DNA of 64,000 bases, from the NCBI GenBank assembly GCA_030141605.1, contig JAQGDQ010000211.1:22885-86884 (forward strand). Reading direction: 5' to 3'. The DNA is from Tubiluchus corallicola (lineage: Eukaryota; Animalia; Priapulida). The notes beneath the pieces are model-generated. The model worked only from the letters and a program-made list of their open reading frames with translations. It did no database searches and was not told where the DNA came from. Both the position numbers and the translations under genes were made by a program. This document shows positions 1 to 12,500 of this stretch, piece after piece; position 1 is the first letter of the stretch; each line of letters starts with the position of its first letter.

Positions 1-42
1 GCATTAAAATGCAAGTCTCAACTAAAACGTACACTACAATAC

Positions 43-2935
43 CTTCAGTTCGCTTCTGCGCATTGCTAACGCATTTTCTTTCTCTTCCAGCGGGGAATAA
101 GTGTTTTGCTGAACAGTCGGACGACTGTTTCTGGCTCTCAGCAGGCGAGAAATCCAACACTTTAAATGGCAGTCTTGCTGAAAGAGTGATAATCAAAAAA
201 AAAATTTCAAACACTGCAATCTGACTATCATTAACTTTATGTTGGACTCGATCATCAAGAAGAAATTTACATGCCTGAATTTGACAATGGCTAATTTTGC
301 GGGACTCGGCATTTTCTTTATCATTTTTGCCAACTGATAACTGTTTCTGCCACTAAAGGTAGTCAGCCTAAAGTGGAGCGGCTTGGCTGTTTTTCTCCCC
401 TACCCAACCGAGTGCCAAATTGGGTCGCCATGAGGCACGTGCGTCTCCTTTTAGCTATTTGTCGCTGGAATATGGCCGGTTGGCACCCCCAAGGGGGTAG
501 GAGTATGACTTTGCTATCAGTCTGAGAGGCTGCGAGGTCAGCCTCTGCCAGTAAGAGAGTCACGTTCAGACTGCAAACTATTTAAGCTTGTTGCCCAGCA
601 AGCTTAAGCCGTAAATGGCACTACCCGTGGTGCACTTCCACTTTTGTTTTCGATACTTGGATGTTTCCCATGCGTCTCCTAAGCCACTTAGTGGTAAAAT
701 GTGGCCGGTTGGCACCCTCGTAAGGATTAGGAGTACGGCTTGCTCAACAGTCTGTGAGGTTGCCCTCTCATCTGAATTAGAATTAACTGTTTTGAGGTAT
801 TACATACTCGAACTAACGAATTGTATATTTCTTCACTGCACATAGTGGAAATACTGTGATCAGTAATAGTTACTGTGTTCTAAATCCACTCAAAATAAAG
901 TTGATATATATATAAAGTACGTGAATTAAACTACAGATAGTGTATACTAGATCATTTGAAAACCCTTACGAAACTGTGATAATCGTACCCTTACTAATCT
1001 TTAACTACGGATATACACTGTCAAAAAAAGAAATATTTACCTTGTTTAAGTCTTTTTGCTGGTGGGCTGCATACAGGACTAGTCGATTTTAAATTTTCTT
1101 CCTCTTCTGGAAATAACAACTACATTTAAAACTTCTCGTCAATAACAAATAACAAATATATTTCCTCAGTAAGTGTAAACCATTGTGACATGCAAGTGAA
1201 TTGAATTTATTGATTGACAGGGATGAAACATACGCAAGATATATTATACAAGAGAATGTTTACACTACAGTTAAACAGCTGAAAATTCTGATTTTCAAAT
1301 GACGTCACTACAGTTTCATTCATAATCATAACCATCACCAGGGATAAGGATGACAAATTGCAAAAAACTCTAAAACGTGCCGGGGGTTTGGGGGCCGTGT
1401 AGGCCCCATGGGGGTTTAAGGGGGCGAAGCAACAAATTGCAATTTTGTGACCTCTAAGTGTACTTAAAAAGGGGACTAAGTGGATTTTTTTTCAAAATTT
1501 TTTTTTAAAGCTTTGTGAATATTTAAAGGTGAATTGTGGAACACTAAAAATTAGTTGAAATCAAAGTTTGTTTAATTCCCACTGGTTAGCAGAACTGCTT
1601 TAAATTTTTACAATGCACATTTTTCATGCTTTGTTTTTTTAGTTTCGCATTACTAAATTATCCTATAATTATTGTACAGTCTCTTTTTGTATCACGAACG
1701 GGCATGTTCTCATAATTATGATTAAGCTGGCAACACTACTCGGCTGTTAATATATCGTTTTGCAGGAAAATTTGAAACTTTTAGCTTCCAATACAATGAG
1801 CATCATACAAAACGGCAACCCTGGCTAAAAGCTAATAAGGGAAAGAACAACGCTATAATAATGATTGCTTTTTACGTTTTAAATTAAAAAAAAAGATTTT
1901 ATGTGACTGCATCAAGTCCGCGACAACTCCGTGACTACAAAATTCCCGGACGAGTGAGTGATAAAAAATTACCTGGGTGATTAGCAGAAACAGAAGGCGC
2001 TATTACACTTTCGCACCGCCTAGCTTTTTCTAGGTTATTACTCGTTTTTAGGCTCGTAAGTCATCATTCTATTATTCTTACGTCATCAGTGAATGTTTCC
2101 GCTAATCTAATTGTAATTTAATAATATATTTAGGTATAATTACCAATAATTACGCTGTATTCACAGTTCTACACCTATACAGGGCGTATCGCCATCTTGT
2201 TTGTGTGTGTAGTCACGTGACGAATTTCGTACTAGTTTATGCATCATCAGGGCCTAGCTTAAAAGGCACGTGACACACTTTCATCTTCACCGCATTTACG
2301 AAATAAAGAAAAAACTTTACTTTTTTATAATCTAATAGTAATAATACTGCAGTAATAAATAAAATTAACGATAAATAACTGCAGTGGTCTAAAATAATTT
2401 CCCGCGATACGATACAAACTCCCGTAGCTGCAACCCTAATAATCATAAATTATGCGAAGAAACTAAAAATACAGGTTAAGGGCCACACACGTCACTGCGC
2501 GAGAGCGATTGCGCATCAGTGGTGTAAACACGGTTATTCATGTGCAGCTTTTAATGGCGGCGGTAGGTAAGTAATGCGTGATTTTAATCTGGACTTATAA
2601 AGCGTAAGAAGCAATAATATTATGGGAATATGGTGTATATTACGCCTGTTGGTCTGCTTTCTGGCCTGCAGGCGTGAAAACAGCCAATAGGCCAGGAACA
2701 GCTAGGCGGTGCGAAAGTGTAATAGCGCCAAAACAGAAGTATTGCCATCGGCCATTGATTGGCTGGTGGGAATTAATTTGGTAGTAATGTTAGAGTAAAA
2801 TAATCAAAATAACAGTCACTTACTAGCAGTTCCTTCATCTTTTAAAGGTAGGTCAGAGTCACTTGCACCAGAGTGCACAGTCTCGTGACTAGCACTAGCA
2901 GACATCACAATGGCGTGACGAGGCAAGCAATCCAT
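43..2935 (-). CDS. CHAF1A: Chromatin assembly factor 1 subunit A (CAF-1 p150), N-terminal exons only: 2935-2824, 1106-1041, 177-43; gene continues beyond the left edge
   Basis: Three GT-AG bounded, phase-1 compatible exons give MDCLPRH...EGTAKEEENLKSTSPVCSPPAKRLKQARLPFKVLDF...; KRLKQARLPFK resembles the N-terminal PIP box of human CHAF1A (KKLIQARLPFK). A probable non-coding exon has a GTAAGT donor at 3178. Identification rests on this short motif. Confidence 0.75.
1996..2729. mobile_element. MITE with perfect 30-bp TIRs (MULE-like)
   Basis: ggcgctattacactttcgcaccgcctagct at 1996-2025 and its exact reverse complement at 2700-2729; flanks gaaacagaa / aaaacagaa (9-bp TSD, one mismatch). Confidence 0.8.
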
Positions 2936-3178
2936 ATCTTCTGGCAGATGCAGTACCTTAGTAGCGAGTACTTATAACAAATCAATAGTTAAAAGTGAAA
3001 AAAGTGCAACAGTTACAGCATTAGTATTATCGTAAAAATGGATTAACACAGAGGTTAATTGGTTACATACACGGGTACATACTGTGCGCCAAATATACGA
3101 CGACTACTACTAAATTACTTTTTTAAAATTAGTCAATGACGCTTAGCGAAAATTATGTAGGTTTAAGAAGCAACTTAC

Positions 3179-3369
3179 AAGTGCAGATGTTTCCTAGAAC
3201 AATTACGTCAATTTTTGCCTAGATAACAATCGCACTTCACACAGCTGCACAAAACACAAGCTAAAATTTGGCGGCGTTTACTTTGCAAAAGTATTGAAGT
3301 TGAGAAAAGAATTAGGTTGTACGTTTATTGGTGCGTTTTATCCACTTGGATTTCAGGATATTGGCGTAC
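3179..3369. promoter_or_regulatory. Candidate compact bidirectional promoter/5'UTR region between CHAF1A and GBA2, with an E2F-like site TTTGGCGGC (about 3267-3275)
   Basis: Divergent ATGs at 2935 (-) and 3370 (+). The E2F-type motif suits an S-phase gene. Confidence 0.45.
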
Positions 3370-3575
3370 ATGAGAAATATGGCTCCTGCCGTGGAGGAAA
3401 GTTTGAGTGCAAAAGCAAAATGCAAAAATGATCTGTCTTTAAGTCAGTTAGTGGTGGATGGAGTACCTAAGTATGGGTGGCGTGTAAGGCTCGATAAAAT
3501 ATTTCCAGAACATTGGAAACCCTTTGACGTGCCTCGATTACACGAACTTGTAGCATTGTTCTGGTTGATGATTAG
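3370..3575 (+). CDS. GBA2: GBA2 coding exon 1
   Basis: MRNMAP...[11 protein letters not shown]...WLMIR; donor AG|gtgggt; the start could instead be the ATG at 3379. Confidence 0.8.
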
Positions 3576-6500
3576 GTGGGTAGGCTATGAACAAATTACT
3601 TTGTCAGATTAAAACACCAAGTGTAACTGCATCGTAACCGCTCAGACTTGCTAACCTTTGGTTTTTCACCACCCTTTCTCCTAAGTTCATTTGTATTTTT
3701 GTATCTTTTATTGTTAAATTAATGTAAATTTATGGAGAGAAGTAAATTACTAATCTAATCGTGTAATAATTGCGTTGCAATGCAAGTTTGGGACTGGTTA
3801 ATCTGGTCGACCTTCATACCACTGCTTTCATACCTTATTGTCTCAGTATGCAACGTTGTGCCCGGTCATAGACATAGACATAGACATAGAACATTTATTT
3901 TCTCCATTTGTTTGACATGACAAGTTTTTTTAAATATTACTTAATTATAGTAGTGCAGCAGGGCAGGGAAGGACCATAGGGTCATCTAGTCTCCTGCCCT
4001 GTCTTATAATTAAATTAGTATATTAAAAGTAAATGGTGAGACTGCGGATGACAAAATCAAATAGGAAAAAAATAATAATAATAAACAGTATAAATGAAAA
4101 CAGTATAGGTGAAAACAAAAAATAATAAAGTTAGATGACACCTAAATCTAAACAAAACAATACAATTAATACAAGTAATTATGATTATTACCGTATTTTC
4201 CCGTGTATAAGAGACCCTTTTTTGCTCAGAATTTTCACTTTAAAAATAGGGGGTCTCTTATACATGGGAGTAAGTCTTTTCAATAAGATGCATAAATTGT
4301 GACACTAATGATTTTAAAGAAATAAGTGCTCTACAACTGTTTTGCGTGTCGCGTTCGACTATGAAGTGGTTGTAAGCAATACAAGCATCGTGACACAGGC
4401 ATTATCTCCTCGTTTTCTCTTTTCCTGTTACAGGTTTGCAGGTACGCACTTTAATATATACCAGTACTCTTTTTCTACAACACATTAACTGGTTTTATTT
4501 TGTTTTCAGTACCGCACTGAGTTGAAAAAAGTTGTACTTTACCCTCTAAAAATGTCCGTCTGAAAAAACTTTTTTCCAGAATTTTTGCCTAAAAATTGAA
4601 GGGGTCTCTTATACACAAGGGTCTCTTATACACGGGAAAATACGGTATATATATTTTCAAATAGGGGCCTTATTGACAGGGGATTTTGACTGTATGGAGA
4701 GATAAAATAAGTATCAAAAAAAGTGTAATATAGAAAATTTAAGAGAAAAAGTAAGTATAAGAAAGAGCAACAATTACTTAGGAGATGAGAAGAAAAAAAA
4801 AACACTTGATAGCTTGCTTATTAGTCTTACAAGTTATGTATTACAGGTATATTCATTTAGTAAGAATTTTGTGTATTTTTTGAAAGCAGAAAATAAGCTA
4901 CCTCCAAAGGTATCTTTTGGCAACGAGTTCCATAATTTAACTCCTCGTGATTTTAAGCTATTGAAACCATGTCGGGTAAAAAATCTCTCCACAAAATACT
5001 GTTCATTAGAAGCAGCTCTTGTGGAGTAGGAATGTATATTAGAAACATTAGTGAAATATTCACTAAAAAGTTCGGGTAATAAACCAGCATTGAATTTATA
5101 CATAAATTTGAACAACTCAAGATTGTAAATATCTCTTACTTTTAAAATTTCTAATTTTACGAACGATGGTGTAGCGTGATCATAATTGCGAGCAAAAGTT
5201 ATTAATTTTACTATTTTGTTTTGTTGTGTCTGTATTAATTTTTGAATTGATGCAAAAGCCGTACCCCATGTTAAGATGGAATATTGTAAATAAGGGAAAA
5301 CTAACGAATTATATAGAAGTTTCAGAATATATTGGTCAACGTGGTGCCTTACTTTTAAAATTGTTCCAGTAATTCGACTTAATTTGTATGTTATGTGTTT
5401 TATATGTGGTTCCCAAGTTAATTTATTATCAATGAGTAGGCCCAAGTATTTGATGTTGTCTGTTTCTTCAATTTTGTGTTTGTTTATTATAATATGAAAT
5501 TTTGGATTATTAGCATTGTTAATTTGCTTATTGTTGATTATCATAAATTTGGTTTTTTTGTAGTTAATTGATAGCTGGTTTGCCCTCATCCACAGGTCCA
5601 TTTTTTTCATTTCGTCATTAACAGATTTTTGCAGATTATTTATATTGGAGTCAGACATGAACAAATTAGTGTCATCGGCAAATATTCGGGTTCGAAAGTT
5701 GCTGCATGTGGGAAGATCGTTAATATAAATTAAGAATAGAAGAGGTCCTAAATTAGAGCCTTGTGGCACTCCACACGATATGTGTTTATAGTCTGATGAT
5801 ACATTGTTAATAGATATGAATTGTTTTCTGTTAGTTAGATATGACTGAATTAGTTGCAAAGGTAGACCTCTGATGCCATAATGGTTTAATTTGACTATTA
5901 GTATACTATGCTGTACGGTATCAAAAGCTTTTGATAAGTCTAAAAATATTCCGCAGTTCAGTAATTTTTTGTCAGTGTCTAGAGAGATCGCGTCTATTAA
6001 TTCGGATACAGCAAGGGCAGTTGAATAATTTTTTCTGAAACCAAACTGGTATTTACTTAGGATATTACTTTTCACAACAAACTGGTATAATCTCTTGTAA
6101 ATTAGCCTCTCAAAAACTTTTGATACTGGTGATAAGAGAGATATTGGTCTGTAATTGCCAGGTTCATGTGCAGAGCCAGTTTTATATAAAGGAATAACTT
6201 TTGCTATTTTTAATATATTTGGAAAAGTTCCAGCATTAACCGATTTATTAAACAGTAATGTGAGTATTGGTGAAATAATTTGACTTGCAGATTTAAAAAA
6301 AGATATTGGTATATTTTGTGGTCCTGGTGATTTGTTTGAATTAAGTGTGTTTAAAAGTGTGCATGTTTCATTTTCAGTAATAGGATTAATGAAAAAAGAA
6401 TTTGGGTTAGGGTTTTTTAGAAAGTCAGTAAAATTAACGTTAGGTTTAGGTATTTTGGCAGCCATGTCAGGGCCTATATTTACAAAAAACTCATTTAGTT

Positions 6501-9500
6501 TACTGGCAATATCATATGTATCTGTATAGTCCACATTATTTATTGTTAACTTACTTGGTGTTTGTCGTGTTTTTGGATCAGTTTTTATAATACTGTTTAT
6601 TGTTTCCCAAGTTTTTTTCATGTTATTCTTGTGTTTTTGCAGTGTTTCAGTGTAATATTGTTTTTTTGATGATTCTTTGACATGATTTAATTTATTTGAG
6701 TAGGATTTGTAGTAGATTTGTTTGTATAAATTATTTGAGAGTTTGTGTGATTTGTAAAGACGTGATCTGGTTTTAATACTATTTATAATTCCTTTAGTGA
6801 TCCATGGTTTTTGAAATGTAATAGTGTCTTTCCTAGACAGAGTTTGCAAAGGAAAATGATTATTAAACACATTGAAGAGTATTTCATTAAATTTGCTAAA
6901 TCCCTCATTAGTTTCCAAGTCATTAAAATTTATTTTGGCTAATTCTAGCTGCAGGTTATTTAAAAAATTTTGTTCAGTTGAATTTTTAAAATTTCTTGGG
7001 GTGATTTTGTTGGATTTGATTTTCAGTTTAGTATGCTTTATAATTGCAAACATAGGAAGATGGTCGGCTACTTGATAAAGCAAAATTCCAGGTGTTACGT
7101 GGTTGGTGAGGTCATTTGTATAAATATGATCAATGAGTGTATTAGTGTGATGAATTATTCTTGTTGGTTTAGTTATAATTGGCACAAAATTATTAGAGAA
7201 TAACATGTTTGTATAATTTGTCACTGAGGTTTTGCTGTCACTATGTAGTAAATTAATATTTATGTCACCGCATATATAGCAAAATTTGTTAGTTCTGTTA
7301 ATTTGGTCAATAAATGGATGGGCTTCTGGCGAGAACCACTTTTCACAGCCATTTGCATTGATATGGTAGGACTAGGTGCTGCCATTGGGTACTGGATACC
7401 GGCTTGCCAAGTGCTGAATTGTATATTAAAAAGTTACTCAAAAATATATAATTAGATTTATATCTATGTCTATGAAAGTAGCACAGATGTATTGTCTGTA
7501 TCCATTATTAACATCATCTGGTCATGATGTCGACTTTTTGCAGAACACAGCCCCAGCGATGCCGACATAAAGACAATGCAAGAATACTACTATTGTGTTC
7601 ATTTGACGTACCATTTGTCAGATTCCTCCTGTGTGTAAAAAAAGTTCGTACATGCAGAACTACATTTATTTGATTTTTTCCTAGAGCTGCTTCTATGTGG
7701 AAATTTCTAATATTCACAAATTGGATGAATACACAGGTAAAACAGAAAGCCAAACTCAAAACGTAATGGCAGGCTAATAGACAACTCTTTATTCCAACAA
7801 CTAACATGTGATTTTTTTCTAACAGAATTGGATAGTTTGAAAAGCAGTTCTTGAGAGAAGTTTCCCCCCTTCCTTAATTTTATGTTGGGACTCCTTAACC
7901 TCTTTTTGTTTTTCTTCTTTTATTTTCCAATTTTTCACCCTCTGTAGCTTTTTGCCTAATCTGATGTGCCATTTGAAGAAAAATATTAATCAGTGGATTG
8001 TCTTAGAAATAATGAACAACTTTGTTTAATTTCAGATATTTTTGCTGGTGGATCAGGTTAAAATTGGCAGGGAAAACGCCTTTCATTGACCAAATCCTTC
8101 CTCTGAAATGCCAACAAATTTACGGTACGTGATTGACTGAAATTGATTTTTTGTGGTATGATTAGGGTTGCCAATTTAGAAAAATAGAAACACGGGACAC
8201 TCTAAAAATCTCGCTCTCTGTTTAGTGTTACTATATATAAAATTTTTGCATACCTAACGCACCCAGACCAATATATTATCTAAAAGTAGAGACACAAGTT
8301 CAAAACATTAAGCAAGTTGCAGTCACATCAGTTTTGTGTGAACTTCTAGCGTCATCAGTTTCTTCGTTATATTTGGGTTACTTTCATCAAAAGAATCTGA
8401 GAAAAGAAAGTCTAATTACTTGAAACAGAACTAAATATGGGACATTTGGTGTATCTAAGAGGTCAGTATGGGTCAAGAGACAAACTTATCAAACATGGGA
8501 CATGTCCCATATCTGGCAACCCTATGTATGAAGGGACTGCTGAAGTATTATTTTTAAAGTGCCTGATATTTTGTATGTACAGATATACCTGTATATCTGT
8601 GTAAGCAAATGTATGTATGTGTACTGTAGGGAACTAGATGAATATAAATATATTTGTATTGTACTGACGGCGAAATGCCATTTGTTTACATTATGCACCA
8701 CTTTTCGAAAATCTCAATTCTTGTAACACTCTTTTGGTCTCAATAAATTTGAAAATTTTCTCTTTTCCTACTTTGCTTCATGCTGGTTTGAGGATGAACC
8801 ATTATCTGTCGGAGGAATAATATAACAACAGCAAAATGCTAATTGTTTTCACCCCCACCCCTGCACTGTAATGGTTCTGTCCGTTACGAAGCCATTGCAC
8901 ACTGGCCTCTATAAATACGCTGGGATGTAATAGTTCTGCCATCTCAGCACCTGTTCCACACAGGCATGGAGGACATAAAAGAGCAACCTGGCAATTTATA
9001 ATCAAACATTTGGTGTTCCTGTGTGTTTATTTGAGAAATTCGCATGGACCAGGAGTATCAGCGTCACCGAAATTAATTACTTAATAGTTCAGCAAAGTTG
9101 AAGTGTCACTTCCATCTGTACTAAGCAACTATGAATCATGCATTTGATGCGGTGCTGCATGAGCGGCATGAACATAATTAGTTTGTTGCAGACATCAGCC
9201 TCATTCGTGATCTCTTAACTTACCACATGAGTAGATTTCTGACTATAAGCGTTCCAAAAACAGAGTTACTGCTTTAACTTCAAGTTAACTGGTTTGTTTT
9301 GTCGTATTAAATCCCCACGCATAATACATTTAAAAAACCTCATTTAAAGTGTCACTTTTTGTGGGGATTTCCAGGTGTGCCACTAGGGGGTTTAGGATGC
9401 GGTACGATAGGTCGAGGGTGGAGAGGAGAGTTCTGCCGTTATCAGCTCATTCCAGGAATGTATGAACACAAGACAGTACGTGCCAACCAGGTACAGTGTT

Positions 9501-12500
9501 AATAATTTCTGCAAGACTTCGCTTATGACAATCTTAGGTTCTTAGGTCTGCTTAGGTCTTAGGTTTGACTTCCAGTAGAGTGCAAATTTTTCATACTTCC
9601 TAATATGGTATTACTTTCATGCATGTATATGGTTCTGTTACAGAGCCATAATGTTGGAATGAAGAGGGAATTATTGATAATTGAAATACTAAAATCAGAC
9701 TTAATCCGAAAAGAAGGAAATGTTGTGAAAAAGTGGGGACATATACGGTTAAAACACCGCAACTTTATTAAAACTTTTAATTTGCGTAGTTAAAAAAATC
9801 TTGTGAAACGTTTCGACAAAGCTACTGCTGTCATCATCAGTGGTAAATTTTTACAAACATACAACTAGTTTATGTAGGCGGTGCCTGCAGTATAGAACAT
9901 TATGCGCTAATTATATATTTACAACAGCTCATTTCCTTTTGGCTTTTGTAAAAACATAATTAGTGCATAAGTTACTGTATCAATTTCTTTTCTACTGGTC
10001 TGCTTAATCATTACCTATTTGGCTTTTATAAATACATAATTAATGCATAATGTTCTATATTGTAGGTTCTGCCTATATAAACTGGTTGTATGTTTGTAAA
10101 AATTTAATACTGATGATGACAGCAGTAGCTCTCTCGAAACGTTTGGCATGATTTTTTAGCTATGTAAATTAAAAGTTTTAATAAAGTTGTGGTGTTTTAA
10201 CTATAAATCTTTTTAAGTGCCTGCAATAAAAAAATTGACTTGAAAGTGGGGAGAGATCTAGATTTGAACTAGGCACCTTTGCGTCACAAGTTAAATGTAT
10301 TGCCGCAGATCTCCTTGTGACCTTATAGCCAATGTTAATTTAGTTTTTTATGTCATTGTACTTTCGTATTTTAGTTTATAGTAACGATAAGGCGACGTGG
10401 CAGAACCGTCTATCAACAAGTTCTCAGTCCTCATCGAAGTTCTAAATCGTCGCTGAAGTCATGGCGGTGGGGTTTTAACCCGAAGAAGGCGTTCTACCAC
10501 GCCCTCTATCCACGTTCGTGGTCTGTTTACGATATCGAAGAATACAACGTGAGGCTTATCTGTAAGCAAATCTCTCCCATCATTCCTCACAATTACAAAG
10601 TGAGTCGACACATTTTCTGTTATTGTGTGATTTCTAACTTAGGTTACATTTGATTGTAGATTGTCTGAATGTGTGCAGTTGATGCTGTATGAATGGCTTC
10701 TTATGTACAGGGTGTCCAATAAGTCACTATACACTACATTTTCTTAATTTTTTAACATTTTATTTTCTAAAATGTTTTAAACTTGGTTCGGATGAACTAA
10801 AACTGTCGGCAATTCTTTTGGTCAAATTAGAGGAAAATATGAAAAGAACTGCAACACTAGGAGGCGTTGCTATTTTCGCTGCTTTCTTCAGAGATATCAA
10901 AAGCTTCGGCGACAAATCCAATCGCAAGTCGGATGTCTTGCATTGAGTGTCTTTTTGCTGTCCATGTAAGTTGAAGAAGGGATGCAAATTGTTGGAAAAC
11001 TACAGTTGTCGGTAGTGAGAGAAAAGTGCGGTCCATGTGGTGCTCTGAGTTTCTGCCAAACTTCAGTTGGCGACCGAAAAACCTCTAAGGTTACTGTCAT
11101 CACCATGTCAACGGTATTCAGTCGAAAAATAAATGAAAAGAATTGCTAACGCTCCTTTTTGACTTTTGTTGAGATCAATTTAAACCGAAAAATAGAAATC
11201 AAAGTTTATAGGGACTTTTGAGACACCCAGTATTTCAACTCACTAGTTGCACACTGCAACCCATACTGTATGTCAAAGGCTACTTAGTGTCTTACACCTG
11301 GCAGGGACTGGACTGGAACTTAGCTAATTGTAATGACAACTTTCAAAGATGACTCACCGAATCAACAGAGGTGCCTGGCTACTTTCGGAATCTGTACATC
11401 CTCCTAAGTTAGGTAAAGAACCAGAATCAGTACGGCAAATGGAACTAGTCAAACAATTGTTGTAAACGTTAATTTGTGTGTTTTGTGAGTAGTAATATAT
11501 TATGAATCATACGGCTCGTACAGCATAAATCTGATAATCGATCTTTGCTCTTCTATCTTTTTTATTCGTTGACGTTTCGATGAATTTTGTCAAATTTCAT
11601 TTTTAGATTTTTTCATCTCATGCAATGATAGTTGGCGTACCCACCTTACATCTTAATTTTCTCTTCTTTTTTCCTAAAAACACTGGTGAAAGTTTCATTT
11701 TGCAGTATAAAAAGTAGTATTTTAACATCAATAATACTGCAAAAACATTTCTGATAATTAAATAATAAATTAAAAACTTATTAAGGGCTGGCGAACCCAA
11801 CTATTGATGACGTCAACTGACTTAATTTTCAACATCAAAAACATTCCATGACGGTGTTGCACGTGTTTGTAAAAGCGAAAATTGAAGTACAGTGCTACTG
11901 CATGATATTCAGTGTGTTGTGTAAAACTAGGCAAGCTTTAAGATAAAAATTCAAAGCTCAAATTCACCGCTGCGCTGACGCATGAGCTGTTGAATGTGTG
12001 CATTTCGTCACAAACTAACGCATCTGAACTGAGAGGTACAACACCGGTTTTTTGTGCATTGTATATGCAAAGTGCAGGCACTAGTGACTGTCTAACTAGC
12101 GAATGGCAAAGTGCTTGAAACAGCGAACAGCTAGTGGCGCGAACCTGAAAATGTGTTTGTTCGGTAATAATTCTTTCACGTAAGTCATTTTTGAAAAAAT
12201 AGTACGTTTCCTTTTCCTTTAATATATTTTAAAGAGTAGATCGTTTTGACCTGCAATTTAAAATTGGGTCTGATTTTGCTTTAATTAAGATTTTCGGAAT
12301 ACGTGCAGTCGATGCTGGATGAATGACTTCTTATGTACGGGGTGTTCCAAAAGTTACTATACACTTTACTTTTTCTTCATTTTTTTAACAAACCGAGCAA
12401 AATGTTTGAAAATTGGCACAGATGAACTGAAACTTTTGCAATTCTGATAGTGAAATTAGAGTTTACGGTTTAAGATTAGGTCCAATTTTACTGTAAGGTT

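Larger units (their letters stand above)
3868..7315 (-). mobile_element. 5'-truncated LINE (CR1/L2-group) in GBA2 intron 1
   Basis: Partial APE endonuclease (CGDIN, IDHIY, DHLP) plus RT; the 3' end has AATAAA followed by a (CTATGT)n tail. Confidence 0.9.
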
